The notes beneath the pieces are model-generated. The model made no database searches, had not been told where the DNA came from, and saw nothing but the letters and a program-made list of their open reading frames with translations. The translations under genes and the position numbers were made by a program. A stretch of 60,992 nucleotides of DNA, the filler included, from Dirinaria sp. TL-2023a (lineage: Eukaryota): NCBI GenBank assembly GCA_051941275.1. It is 14 parts of 14 records of this genome, joined end to end, with 100 filler letters (N's around TTAATTAATTAA, not from the genome) between each part and the next. Parts side by side here need not be neighbours in the genome. Positions count along the whole stretch, not along the records: positions 1 to 4,280 come from JAVEBF010001869.1; positions 4,381 to 8,657 come from JAVEBF010001870.1; positions 8,758 to 13,034 come from JAVEBF010001871.1; 11 more parts are not named here. One strand, written 5' to 3'. Positions 1 through 12,476 of this stretch are shown here, piece by piece; the first letter of the stretch is position 1, and each line of letters begins with the position of its first letter.

Positions 1-993
1 GATTGGGTTTCGAAGGTTTTTCGTGTATGAGAAACTTTTCATATGTATATGGAGTACATATAGTAGCGTACTTTGAAAAAAAAAAAAAAGAAAGGAAAAA
101 AAGGACGAACGGACGGACGGACAGCGGGAGAGCCGCAATCAAACGCGTTTTTAAGATCTCAAACCCGCTGCAGGCTGCGTTCGTGGTTGTAAGATTTACT
201 TTTTCCCACCATAATAGCCGCATCAGAAAAAAGTCTGTGTGGAGTGCAGCGCATGTCGGTAAAGTGACAGCTGCACTGATCTTTTGAGAGAGAGAGAGAG
301 CGAAAACCAGAAAAGGGCAAATAATGTCGTGGGAAACACTTCTTGCCGATTGTCGCGGTTATCTCCGAGATGCAGAAGATGCATCATCTCAAACAAAGCA
401 CTACATATGCATGCTACCAGATCCCCCAAAGTTGGTAGTGCCACGCCAGTCGGTTCCCCTGGCATACACTCTAGTATGATTAAAGCGATTCGAACACCCG
501 AGGTCTAAAAAAGCGTGACTAAGACTAGTCAACAGGTCCACATTGAGTGAGATGCCCAAGGTAATACCACGCAGCTGCTGGAATTCCTCAAACTGCTCCT
601 TTTCTCGCAATTCCACTCGACTCCTCGAAGGATAACGCCAGATCTTCTAGGTGCACCCTCCAGAAAATCCGACTTGAGTGGGCAGTAGCACGTTCAGATT
701 CTGCCCTCGACAGCTTGCTTCTAACAGCGTAAAGGCGAAATAGAGCAATGAAAAATGAAAAGAATAGAACAGTCAATACAACAGAAGTTGGAATGCCGAC
801 TCACTGACCTGATATTGGAGACAACGAATGTGGCAAACCCATCCATTAGCTTTTGTGTATCGCGTCAATGTCCCCAAGATCACACTGAAAACCATCCTCC
901 CAGAGGCAGGGCACGCTCTTCACCTAATCCTACAGCCTAACCCCTCCTCAATGAGCTCTTCGCCATTGGCTTGTGCGACGAAAACCGCGTCGC

Positions 994-3475
994 CTAATCA
1001 CTGATTCGCCATTTTTCGAACCACCTCAGATGTCTCCATTGCTGGTTCGATCCCTCCATGCCAAAGACGATGGCCCTGAACAGCCAAAATAGTCCTATGG
1101 TCACTGCGTACAAGGTCCCGTAGATAAGCGCCTCGATTCGCTTATCTCGACGACTCAATGGCCGCGTGACCCAGTCCACCAGAAAGCCCATGGTTAGGAT
1201 TGCGAAATACAGCGCCGGGTAATAATGATGCACGTACGTCACTCGGGCCATGGCCACGAATGGCATATAATGCAGCACCCATCCCGCGAGCGGGTACACG
1301 CCAGAGTAATGTATGTGGTCCACCTCCGCGTCCTTCAGATCTTCGTAACCTCTCTGCCAGCGGACGGCATACCAAGCAATCAAGGCGCCAAAAGCGACCA
1401 GCGAAAGGGTGGAACCCCAGTAGACAAGCGGATTGCCGAGCAGGAAGTACTTCACAATATGGTCATCCCAGCCACACATGCGCAGGCCGACGTTTAGGAT
1501 GGGCCATTGCCAGAACCCAGAGGCGAGGTCGTCTTGTTTGTCGGGATCTGGCACGAGAGCATTGTTGGAAGTCATCATTGCAACGTTAAGATGAATGAAG
1601 TCACGTAAGAACGGAGAGCGGTAGGATCCGGGGTCGGATGCGGGGACTGCGTGTCTTATTAGAGTAAATTAACACGGATGGAACCGATGAAATACTTACG
1701 ACGCTCATTCCAGTGCGATTCGACATTCCAATGCGTATAAACGTCTCGAGGCTTGTTCTCTTTCACGCAAGTTACTTCAATCTGCTTGAAACCCCACTGT
1801 GGAAGATTGACGTTTCCAGCGCGCAGGTAACAGCCAAGAACAGAATGTTTCAGCCGGAAAGAGGTCGTCAAAGTCCGGATCTTAGACCGATCTCTCGACG
1901 CAGCGTCGTCAACCACTTCCACCGTCCAGTGATCCTTTTCGTCGCCAATCGTGGTATTGCCGTAGCAGGAGACCTCGTGATCCGATTTCGTTACAGGAGC
2001 CGAGACAGCATGCGAATGAAGGTTGCGGCCTGTCTGGGAATGGATTAAACGAATCACGTCCTTGTCTGCGACATACTCTATCGGTGCCTCGGGATCGTAG
2101 AGGGGCTTTTCGCGATTAGGGTAGAAGAACCAGTCATTATTCGCATCTTTATGATGGTAGCACGTAATTTGCTGCTGTTGAGAGCCCTCCGGATAGGTCT
2201 GAACATGAGAATGGAGCAAGCCTCCTCCGTAGCCCATATTCTTCAACGTAGCTCGCGAACCGTAGGCGATCTCCAATGGACTGTCCTTGCCAACGTCAGT
2301 TCCCTTTAGGTTTGCCTGGAAAAGGGAGCTCATCTGAGCGTCGCCGGGTCCGCTGTTCTCCAGAACAAGGAAGTGTATCCAGAAAGAGAACATGTAGACA
2401 AGCACAGGGATGATGATCAGGCCAATGACACGGGTGACCAGGTGGGAGGCAAGTTCGACCTGAGTCCCATTAGCTTTGTTCAACCACCTCAAGGATCAAG
2501 CGAATATGATTACCTTCGGCATTTCCAGGTCACCGAACTTGTTCCACAAGTCTTCAGCCGTGTAAAGCCCAACCAGGGCAGTGCAGAAGAGGCCAACCCA
2601 CTTTACACTGCACACGCAGCCAATGCTGATTCCACTCAAGAACAGCCAAAGGAACCATTCCGGCGAGAAGCTCTCTTTCCGTAATCGATGGAACCTGGCC
2701 CAGCAGAGTGTTGTCGTAAATGTGAAAAACAGCAACATCGAGTCCAGTAGTATGAATCTGGAAATAGTGGCGTACGAATTTTCGCACAGCACCATCAGTG
2801 TAACGAGCCACACAGCCGGTTTCCGCAAGTTAAGCTCTCGCGCCGTGTAATAGGCGACGGGCACGCACATGGCACCGAAAGCCGAGTTGAAGAGACGCAT
2901 GAACGTATAATTAAGTTCTTCCGGGTATGTCTCGCCAGACTTGAATTCGAAGGAGCCATTGTAGCCTGCCATGTAGCCAGAGAGCCCGACAAGCATCTTT
3001 CCAAGGGGGGGATGAACATCAAAGTAGAACTCTCGTTTCAAGTAGTGGGAGCCAAATTTGCCGAAGCTAGAAAGGAGGGCAAGTCAGTGTGTGACAAGGC
3101 TAGAACAAGATTACCAGTATGGACCAGAGTCATTGACGTACTGAGCTTCATCCCATGTGACAATTGGAGAGAGGCCGATTTTGTACATTCGTGTAGCGAA
3201 GGCGAGGATGGTAAAGATGAGGGGGGCAATCAAGAATTCCCATTCGTCAAGGATGGAGAGGAGCGAAGTCTTGGGCTGTTCGAGATCAATCAGCAGGCTA
3301 TCACCTGTATGTGGTTTTGCTGTGTATGTACCTTCCGGCTCTTCTTGTCCTCTTCCGCCTCTGGGGCTTTGGTAATTGTGCCATTGCTGCCTCCTTGTGA
3401 GGAGACATTTCTCCTCCTAAGCTCTTGGTCATCGTGGTCTGCACCGGTCGTTTGACCCTGGCGGGTCACCGTCAT
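994..3475 (-). CDS. PMT2: Dolichyl-phosphate-mannose:protein O-mannosyltransferase, PMT2 subfamily (5 exons)
   Basis: ATG 3475, stop 994-996; GT-AG introns 3276-3331, 3067-3141, 2460-2513, 1647-1699. The spliced product contains [30 protein letters not shown], an MIR region ([21 protein letters not shown]) and the C-terminal [14 protein letters not shown] motif of PMTs. Confidence 0.95.
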
Positions 3476-4280
3476 GATAAAACGCTAGATTTCGAGTGGG
3501 AAATGATGGCGAGTTGTCAAGTAGGTATTGTAGGGGATGGAGGAATTAGAAAGTTGTAGTGCGGAAGTAAAGGGGCCACGTCAGACTAGGCTGAGCTGAA
3601 AAATGAGTGTGGAGAAAATGAATCACTTAAACCCTCTGGATGCTCAATGCATCCGGATACCGTACATATGGCGATAGTGCTCGCTAGGCTTAGAGAGTCA
3701 CTGTTGCTCGTCCGTGTAGCAGTATTAGGACTATGGAGAGCCAACGTGTCGTTAAAACACCAATAATGCATGCCCGCCTTGGCCGCAAGATCTTGCCAAG
3801 CCCGCTGAGGAAGATCAACGCTAGATAAGATTTCAGCTCCAGGAGCCTAAGCCTATTGTGGTCAGGCGTACTCTCCAGGAAAGAGCTGCGATTCACAAAA
3901 TAAGAACCCTCTGTACAAAGCATGAATAAAAAAACATCGACTGGCCAATTCCCGCGTGACTTTCCAAGTAAAGCAGCTCTGTCCTGCAAGTCAAAAGAGT
4001 CCCGTCACCAAGGACACAAAGGAATGTCTGGGAAAGCTTCATATCTAAGCTAAAGCACTCGACCTATCGTTTCCCACATTTACCTCTTGGGTAGACCGGT
4101 GTAATATCTGATAGTGCAAGCCAATATGATTTGAATGAGATGTACCTGGTTCCACAACTTTGTCCGAAGTGACACACAAGTCGATAGCTACTGCGAGCAT
4201 TCCATCCCCATCTCCCAGGTAAGTCTGCCTCAGATACTGGAGTCATCCCAATCATATCCCCCAGATAATCCCAAATCTTA

Positions 4281-4380
4281 NNNNNNNNNNNNNNNNNNNN
4301 NNNNNNNNNNNNNNNNNNNNNNNNTTAATTAATTAANNNNNNNNNNNNNNNNNNNNNNNNNNNNNNNNNNNNNNNNNNNN
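4281..4380. other. Artificial contig-joining spacer (N44-TTAATTAATTAA-N44); first of 13 copies
   Basis: Identical 100-nt spacers with stops in all six frames at 4281, 8658, 13035, 17411, 21787, 26156, 30522, 34886, 39248, 43610, 47962, 52309 and 56655. Intervening contig lengths never increase, falling from 4280 to 4238 bp. Confidence 0.99.
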
Positions 4381-4954
4381 GACTCGCCTTCCACGACGAT
4401 GGCGAGGTAGTATCTAACCTCGAAACCTAAAAAAGCTTCATGGATGAAGATATCCCGGATCTGAGAAGTCGGGATGAAGCGCGTAGTGGCCGGCAAAAAA
4501 TAGTACGGAGATATAGTACTCGTCTGAATGCCGAGAGCTCGCAGTGTGAGCAGCGATTCCTCTAAATGAAAACAAGAAAACAAAGTCAATTCCAGTCTGT
4601 CTTTACAACGCAGGACATAAAGTTTCTGCTCTCAGTCATATATTTATAACGCGTACCTATGTGAAAGCGCCGAAAGACAAGCACGAGGGCTACAGCGGAG
4701 CCAATACCGACATACAGCCACGGCACTGGTTTCAAAGTTCGAGAAAGCGCGAGCAGGGACGGAGGCGCCTGATCCAAATATTTCGCGACGACGATAAGCA
4801 AGGCTAGGACAGCGAGGAAGCTTCGAAGTGCAAGGGAAAGCCACTTCAAGCAATGGGCAGGCAGCGAGCGATGCGGTGAAGTTGTCGAGACTGTGTATGA
4901 AACCGTGGTTGGAGAAGGCCGTACCACCTCGAAGTGAGGTCGGATGGAGACCAT
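4381..4954 (-). CDS. GPI15: GPI-GlcNAc transferase complex subunit PIG-H (3' truncated at contig end)
   Basis: MVSIRPHFEVVRPSPTTVSYTVST, then two hydrophobic helices; one intron (~4562-4656); exon 2 reads EESLLTLRALGIQT...TRFIPTSQIRDIFIHEAFLGFEVRYYLAIVVEGE, the PIG-H signature. An alternative in-frame ATG lies at 4993. Confidence 0.85.
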
Positions 4955-5716
4955 GGAGCCCACTAAACGTTCATCGACGGAGGATATCGTCATTTATCAT
5001 AGTGCATTTTATTCGATTGATTCGAGATAGCTTGATGTGCGTAGCTTAGCTAGACTCCTAGAGTACTTCTAAGGTAGTCGCTGAACTTTCAAGGGCGTAC
5101 TAGGGTTCACCTAGGGGTAAGTGGTACGATTTTCACCGGTTTGTGCGCTCTGATAGAAGCGGGGCCCGACAGAGGTCTGACAGAACTCTGAATTAGGTTA
5201 GCTCATCTAGAATCCTGGGCTGAGAGCCTGAGACTGTCAATTTTGAAGCTCGAAATCTTGGACAACGTTCGTAACTCGACAGACACTCATCTAAAACCTA
5301 TATTGGGTTAGCGCGATAGGATATATTAACGGGTGCATGCTTGGCCTTGGCTGGCATCCTTGGATTCCTGTTGTTTTGCATGTTCTGGAAGACATTTTAT
5401 ACGTGACAAATGATCTACAGGCCTCGATGCTGGCGAATCGAGTCTGAGAACGACCAGCGCGAATGCTTACAACGGTTTTCTTGCGAGAGTCATTATGGCC
5501 AAAAATCATTCATACGAGCCTTTAAATCTTCAGATTTCAAGGGCCTGACTCTCAGCCTCTCATATTGCGTGTAATCAACTATTCATGGAAATCCCCTTTT
5601 ACACGGTGGGCATCCATCATGCCCGGGTAGCCGTGCATATGCAACGCCAAAGTCGATGACGCCGGGGTCAATCCGCCCCAGCACCGTATTAACATCAAGG
5701 TTACTCAAGCAACGCC

Positions 5717-8152
5717 CTATTCCTTGCGCTTGTGCTTTTTCTTCTTCTTCTCCGAGCTTCCTGCTGTCGCTGCTTCCGCCTCTTCCTCTCGCTTCCGCTT
5801 TTTCCCATCGCTCGGATCCCGATTGGTCTTCTCCGTCTTCTCCTCGCCTTTGTCCGCAGCCTTTTTAGCCTTCTTGACCTCCTTCTTGCTGATCGAGATG
5901 GGCTTGCCAGTCCCGTCGAATTTGATTTCACCTCGTTCAAGCTTTCGTTTATACCGTGTTATGGATAAGCCAGCCTGCTCGGCTAGAGCTTGATACTTCT
6001 CATCCTCTCGCACTGCTCGTTTCTCGATCTGTTGAGCTCGCTTCAACCGTTTCTCCTTGCGAGCGAGTCTTCGGGCGAGCTTGGCTTCTTTTATCGCTTT
6101 GGCTTCGCCTGATTCGCCAGACAAGCCGAGCTTACGTTCATGTCGTTCCCTCTTGCGAGCTTTCTTGGCATCTTTGGCGTTGCCAACGATAGATAATTGC
6201 CGGTTCTGCTCTTGAGGTGGGGGCGGTTCGGGGGAGGCAGGAGAATCTGCGGAAACGGTAGATATAGTCTCGGATCTGTCATCATCGTTTGTGGGAGGCT
6301 TCTCGATGTGACCATTCTTTTCGTTGATCACTGCTTTGGATGTCTCAGGTACGGTCTGAACCAGATCCTCTTCCAGAAGCTCTGGATCAATCATTTGCTC
6401 ATCTTTCAAAGTCTCCCCGCTGTCAGATTGCCCGTCATCTTTGACCTCCTCTATCAGCTTCTTGTCTTTTTGGCTGGCTTGCGAAGGTTTGATTAGAATG
6501 CCATCTTTCGGGGTGTCCTGTGAGGTTTTGGATGGAGGAGCCGCAGCAGCTGGCTCATCACCAACCAATCCGTCCGCATCAGCATTATATTTCCGTGCTT
6601 CCTTCACCTCCCATTTACCAGGTCCAGCTACCCCATTAGGCCCGATAGCGACCCCTTTGGACCGCAAAGGCTTTCCTTCCAACCCTGCAAGACGCCGCTC
6701 AATTTTTGCCCGGCCTTGCAGACCGAGAGCAGATCTTTCATCTTCTGGAATCAAATCATGCCCTTCGCCATCAACATCCCACTCGTGTAATGCGTCGACA
6801 CGAAGGCCGAGCGCTGTCTTGGTAGCGAGCATGCGCGCTATCTTGCCTTTGTTCTTACCTGTAGCTTGCCCAATCAGGGAGGAATGGTAGATCAAACCGT
6901 ATTTGGGCGTATCGTGCTTGGTCTTCAATGCCCGAAATAGAGCTTTCTCCGCACCGAGGATTTGAATAGTACTGGCAGGACTCTTGGCAAGATTCATCAG
7001 GCTGCCAGCATGTGCAATCAACCGAGCACCGACGAGGTCACCGACCAAGGCTGTAAGATTTGGCGCAATGGCAGACATCCGCGAAGAAAGATATTGCGAT
7101 AGCTGCGATCGGTATTCGGTGAAGCTGACTACTTGTTCCGCAAGGGCTTGAATATTATCGAGATCGTCCGACGTAATTTCTGTGCCCATGGAGACCTCAG
7201 CAGCAGACTTGACAGCTGCCTCAATCTCTTCTGGTAATATCTCTGCCAAGTCTGCATTTGAAGCATTAGATCGCATTCCCATTTTGAGTATCACGCGTGC
7301 GTATGCCAGATTGTCATTCACTATCCGCCCCATTTCTGGGAAATGCCAGCCATACCACTCCTTTACTCGCATTGCGTAAGTGTTGAGCTCTTTATCCAAA
7401 TCATCGAGAAGCGCAATTGCCTGCACTATCATTGTGTCGACCTTGTCAGGTGAGAACTTAAGCTTGTGCCTGGATAACGAATGTGAAAGGCCTAATGACA
7501 TTGTTGAGATATCTTGAGGCAGGAGACCAGGGATGAGTGAGGGTAGATGGTTACGGATGGCACGGTACAAGTCAGAGGTAGAGGAATCGGAGACTAGCTT
7601 CAAAGACATCTGTGGTAGCTTATTGATAGCGCTGGCTTGGGAAGAGTCAGCGGAACATTCACACTCTCATGACTCTGGTTTTTATACCAAGCTTTGGATC
7701 GGCTACCGCCAATGAAGCTTTCTTTTCATCTTTGATGCCCGCGAGAAGGGTCGATAGGCGCGGTGTGACCTTGCCTTCTACGAGAGCGGCGGTCTGTTCA
7801 AGGGCTGCAGATGTTAGCCGGGTTAAAGCTAGGAATTATCAATGCAAAATGGCTCACCAGTTGCGGCGCTATCGAATTTGTGGAAGTCCTTCAACTTTAA
7901 CCTGTTCAGCGTGAAATGTGGTCAGTCGACAAGGTCCAGGCATGGTCTCTAACCCACGCAAGACTAGTAGAGCACATACAGGTTACATATGCCTTCAGCA
8001 GTCTCGTCATCACCCATACTCTTGTCTTCCTTGAGAATCTTGGAGCTCTTTGCCTTGAGGAGGGCATACCCCACGGGGGTTTCTCTGGGCAGTGATTAGC
8101 ATTTCGAAATGCTTGAGACGGAAGGCACATACTGGAGAATGAAAAGACCCAT
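5717..8152 (-). CDS. NOP58: Box C/D snoRNP core protein Nop58 (5 exons, ~734 aa)
   Basis: [19 protein letters not shown] start; introns 8085-8132, 7902-7979, 7805-7857, 7636-7687; Nop domain motifs [25 protein letters not shown] and [34 protein letters not shown]-rich tail. Confidence 0.96.
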
Positions 8153-8374
8153 GATGAGGAAGGTACGCGGCCTTTTTCCAGCTGCGGTTGGACAAATTGA
8201 GAAAGTAATTGCTCCTGCTCAAATTTCTTGTGCCTGCCATTGAAGAAATTCCGAGTCTTCGCTAAAAAACAGGTGCTTGGACAGTTCCGGTTTAGCGTTA
8301 ATTTTGCTGGGATCATGCTGTTCTTGCGGCCTGTGGCCACTCTCTTACATCTGTATCTCATCTAGCATTACACG

Positions 8375-8657
8375 ATGGAAGGCTTGTTCTACAATGTGAA
8401 TGGGGGGTAAGCTACGTTGATTTTGCTGTCAGTTTACAACCTAATTACTGATATTTACAGCTATGTCGAGGGTATAGTCCGGGGATATAGGAACACTCTT
8501 CTCACTGGTCAAAATTATAGCAACCTGACACAATGCGAAACTATCGATGGTACCGTGCTCATTCTCTCGTCCTATAGCTCTAAAGCTGATTGCGATGCAG
8601 ATGTCAAGCTTCAGCTCTCTCCTGCCTATGGCGACTTCCTTGCCTCCCTCCCACCCC
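8375..8657 (+). CDS. VMA6: V-ATPase V0 subunit d, 5' part only
   Basis: Spliced reading MEGLFYNVNGG/YVEGIVRGYRNTLLTGQNYSNLTQCETID/DVKLQLSPAYGDFLASLPP across two GT-AG introns; cut by the spacer. Confidence 0.93.
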
Positions 8658-10041
8658 NNNNNNNNNNNNNNNNNNNNNNNNNNNNNNNNNNNNNNNNNNN
8701 NTTAATTAATTAANNNNNNNNNNNNNNNNNNNNNNNNNNNNNNNNNNNNNNNNNNNNGGGGGCTGCTGTACATACATGTACCTATAGATCGGATCGTGTC
8801 CATGTCCACGGAATCAACCCGATTCTATACGAGCGAGACAACAACCCACAACCCGCATTCATCCCCTACAAGTGATGTAGTGAAGCTCAAAGGGTAGATG
8901 AGCTAGGGAAGTAAAGTAGGTAATAATCCAAGCACATGCAGTTTTGGAGAAGGGGAGAGACTGAGAGAGTCAACCCCGGTCTCTGGCTCTCGGCGAATTT
9001 CACGGAGTATTTCCATCATACCACAGGTAAGGTCAAGTACCTTTAGTACAGTACAGCACACACTACCGAGAGTACTTGAAGTATGTCTCATTACCTTATT
9101 ATGGTCTCTTCCACTGGTGGGTGATGCCAAGCTGGCCAAGGCCCGGTTAAACCAAGCTCCCACCACTGTCCCAAAGAGGTGTAGGGGATCTTGAGCGAAA
9201 GCCCGCCAAGCTGGTGGCCACCCCCGGTAGTGGTAGTAGTAGTACTCCGTAGTAGTGCGGCTTGCGCGCCTTACGGTTCGTGTCCCTTCTTGGTCAACCA
9301 AACCAAAAAAAAAAAAAAAAAACGCCCGTGAAAGCGTGAAACGACCACAATCCACCCTCTTTCGCTTTTTACTACTCGGTGCAGCTTACATTATCCTTCT
9401 TTCCACCATCCTGGGTCTCATTTGACCCAATCCGTTCCCCCCTTCCAGGCTTGATTGCATCACTGATTGGTAGCTGCTAATCTGCACAAACCGCCTGTCC
9501 TACCACATCTTCGTCAAGCCATTCAATTCAAGTCGGGATCCACCTGTCAGATCCTCGAGGTAGGTAAGCTTTTTTCGCTAAATTCAGGATGCATCTCTCG
9601 CCCGAGATGAAAGCGGTCTGACCCATGGCTGCTGCGAGCGACCGTTTCGAGAGTATTGAGGCTGACCCAGAAATTGCTCCTTTGCCAGGGAGAAAAAAAG
9701 ACTCTTCCCCAACGGCACCAGCACCACCAGCAAAGGCAAAACTAGGCAACTTTGGAGCTGCAGCCCCTCACCCCACACCTCCACAACTTTCCCATCTGCT
9801 TGAAACGCTCTTCTCAAGCCAGACCGGACGCGCCGGCCCCTCTGACTGGTCGGCTTCGGATTGCAATCGATCCGTAGGTGTCTTGGGAACCAAGTAGTTG
9901 CAGGTTCGGCGACCCTATCGAATTGATCCCTGCTTACGCCTCGCTGCCAGCTCGTGCTCCTCGTGCACGAAAATTCGGTCACAGTCACAGACCTCAGCAA
10001 AAAAAAGCTCCACTCGGCAGCAATACATCAGTGATACTACC

Positions 10042-12476
10042 ATGGGTCGGTCGCTCTTCCCGTTTCGTTCCCATTCTCTACTGAGCTAGTGGACCCCCGG
10101 GCGCCTTATGAGCCCTCGACTGCCACTACTAGCTGCTAAGTTTTGACATGTCCCCTATCGTGATTTTTTTGGTTTCCCGGCTTACTGGGAAACACTTGGG
10201 AGCGCTCACGTTCTGACTCCAGATTCAGCAGACGTTTACCGCCCACACACTGTAAGTCCCCACACTATTTCATTGACTAGTTGTGACTCTTGACCTCGAT
10301 GATGCAACCCCCTCGCGTTTTCACCTCCCGGATTCTTCCCGGCAGATCTTCACAACTAGTCCCAAGCCGTCCTCTATCACGCATATCTGGTGGCTAAAAA
10401 ATTTATCTGTCTTCCCTGATCCGGTCCTTCGAATCTGGAAGGAAATAGAGCAGGTAGCAAGCGCTACGTCCACTATATGACATCACTTTCAGAGTATTAT
10501 CTCTCGATAGCTGACAGGATCTAACACACTGCAGCGGGAGAGGTCCCGATCGCCCCGACGTCGTTCGCGCAGCCCTCGTCGTAGCCGCCGCTCGTATTCC
10601 CCTCGAAGCCGCTCTCGGAGCCGTGACGACTATCGTAGAAGTGATCGCCGATCTCGTTCACCCATGAGCGGTGCAGCGGGAGGCTATTCAGGGTCAGGCT
10701 ACGGTCGTGGAGCGCCACCTCCACCTCGAACCTTTGAAGAGCGCGCTCAAGCCAAAGAGCAAATGATGGCCTCTGTTCGAGAGTCGTCGCAGCAAGACCG
10801 CCGTGTCTACGTGGGGAATCTCTCTTACGACGTGAAGTGGCACCACTTGAAAGATTTCATGAGGCAAGGTAAGCCCGTCCCAGCGTGCTACTCGTCGAAG
10901 CTGCTGTTAAATGATTTGTTCGCAGCGGGGGAGGTCCTGTTCGCCGATGTACTGTTGCTTCCGAATGGAATGTCGAAGGTGGGCGCCTACGTGTGATGGC
11001 TGGTTTCTTGGTTTATTCTGCTGGTTGTTGGACGTTGGATTGACGGGTTGGGACATTGTCCGCGGGCTATGTAGGGATGCGGGTAGGTGTCTTCAAATGG
11101 TTTCTTGCACCAAGAGCGAGCTAACTGGTCTGGAACAGGATTGTGGAATACGCAACGAGAGACCAAGCACAACAAGCCGTGAACACGCTATCGAACCAGA
11201 ATCTAATGGGTAGACTTGTATTCGTTCGAGAGGTAGGATCTCCCAACAACGCCCTGGATCGCGAACGAGCTCGGCTTCGACCAATATTGAAAGTCGCGGT
11301 TTGGCTAACAGTTCATCTTTTGTCAGGACCGCGAACCCGAACCTCGGTTCACAGGACCGCCTGCTGCTCGTGGAGGCTACGAAGGAGGCGCCGCCCGTGG
11401 AGGGTATGGCGGTGGCGGATACGGCGGCTCACCTGCCTCATCCAGTTCACGTCAAATCTTCGTCAACAACGTCTGTGTTTTTAGTGCTGACTATGATGCT
11501 GAAGCACGGCTAATCGAGTGATCCTAGTTACCTTACACTGTTGGCTGGCAAGACTTGAAGGATCTTTTCCGCCAAGCTGGTATGTTATCACTTTCCACTA
11601 ACATCATTCGTCGTTGAGAAAATCCGCTTTGGAGCTTCAATTGATGGTACGTTTTCACAGCCCAACAAGGTGCAGTTATTCGCGCAGACGTTCATCTAGG
11701 TCACGATGGCCGTCCGAAGGGGTCCGGTATCGTTGCCTTTGAGAACCCAGAAGACGCCCGCAATGCGATTGCGCAATTTAATGGCTACGACTGGCAAGGC
11801 CGAATGCTCGAAGTCCGCGAGGATCGCTTTCCTGGTCCTCCAGGTGGAGGATACGGTCGCGGTGGCTTCGGAGGTGGCTTCGGTGGCCGTGGAGGCTTTG
11901 CCGGTCGAGGTGGCTTTGGGCGTGGGGGTTTCGGAGGTGGTTATGGGGGCCGTGGAGGTTACAGTGCCAGCGTGGGCGGTGCCCCTGCAGCAGCTGGATA
12001 CGGTGCCGGCGCTGCTGCCACGGCTGCGCCAAATCCGTTTACTGACTATGCTTCATCCGGTGGTGAGCGTAGCGAGACCATCTACGTCCGCAATGTGAGT
12101 AGTACTCAGTCCACACTCCGCTTTCACTGACATTTTCCAGCTCCCGTGGTCTACAAGCAATGAGGATCTAGTCGAGCTCTTTACTACAATCGGCAAGGTC
12201 GAGCGTGCGGAGATTCAGTACGAGCCTAATGGCCGCTCTCGTGGCACCGGTGTGGTGCAATTTGACAATGCCGAGAACGCAGAAACTGCCATCTGTACGT
12301 CCCCCCTCGTCTTCTGGGCTTTGCTTGGTACTAATCCCAGTCCAGCGAAATTCACCGGCTATCAATATGGCGGACGACCACTCGGCCTTACCTTTGTCAA
12401 ATACATGAACGCTAGTGGTGACGCTATGGAGGGCGAAGAGGCAACTGGCGGCATCACGCAAGACCAGATCATGTGA
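10042..12476 (+). CDS. GBP2: SR-rich, 3-RRM RNA-binding protein (Gbp2/Hrb1/SnxA-like), 11 exons, ~476 aa
   Basis: Exons 10042-10045, 10229-10251, 10535-10868, 10926-10978, 11075-11082, 11139-11232, 11327-11470, 11528-11579, 11661-12094, 12141-12294 and 12346-12476 join in frame. RS dipeptide N-terminus; RRM motifs [45 protein letters not shown] linkers. The 4-nt first exon is the least certain part. Confidence 0.9.

Noticed and set aside
122..277. Two hairpins (CAGCGGG/CCCGCTG at 122-170; AGTGCAGC/GCTGCACT at 243-277) suggesting an H/ACA snoRNA
   Set aside because: I found no correctly placed H box and ACA tail on either strand, and the stems are short enough to arise by chance. An Infernal/Rfam scan would settle it.
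401..776. Short overlapping minus-strand ORFs downstream of PMT2
   Set aside because: No recognisable motif, convincing start or splice structure.
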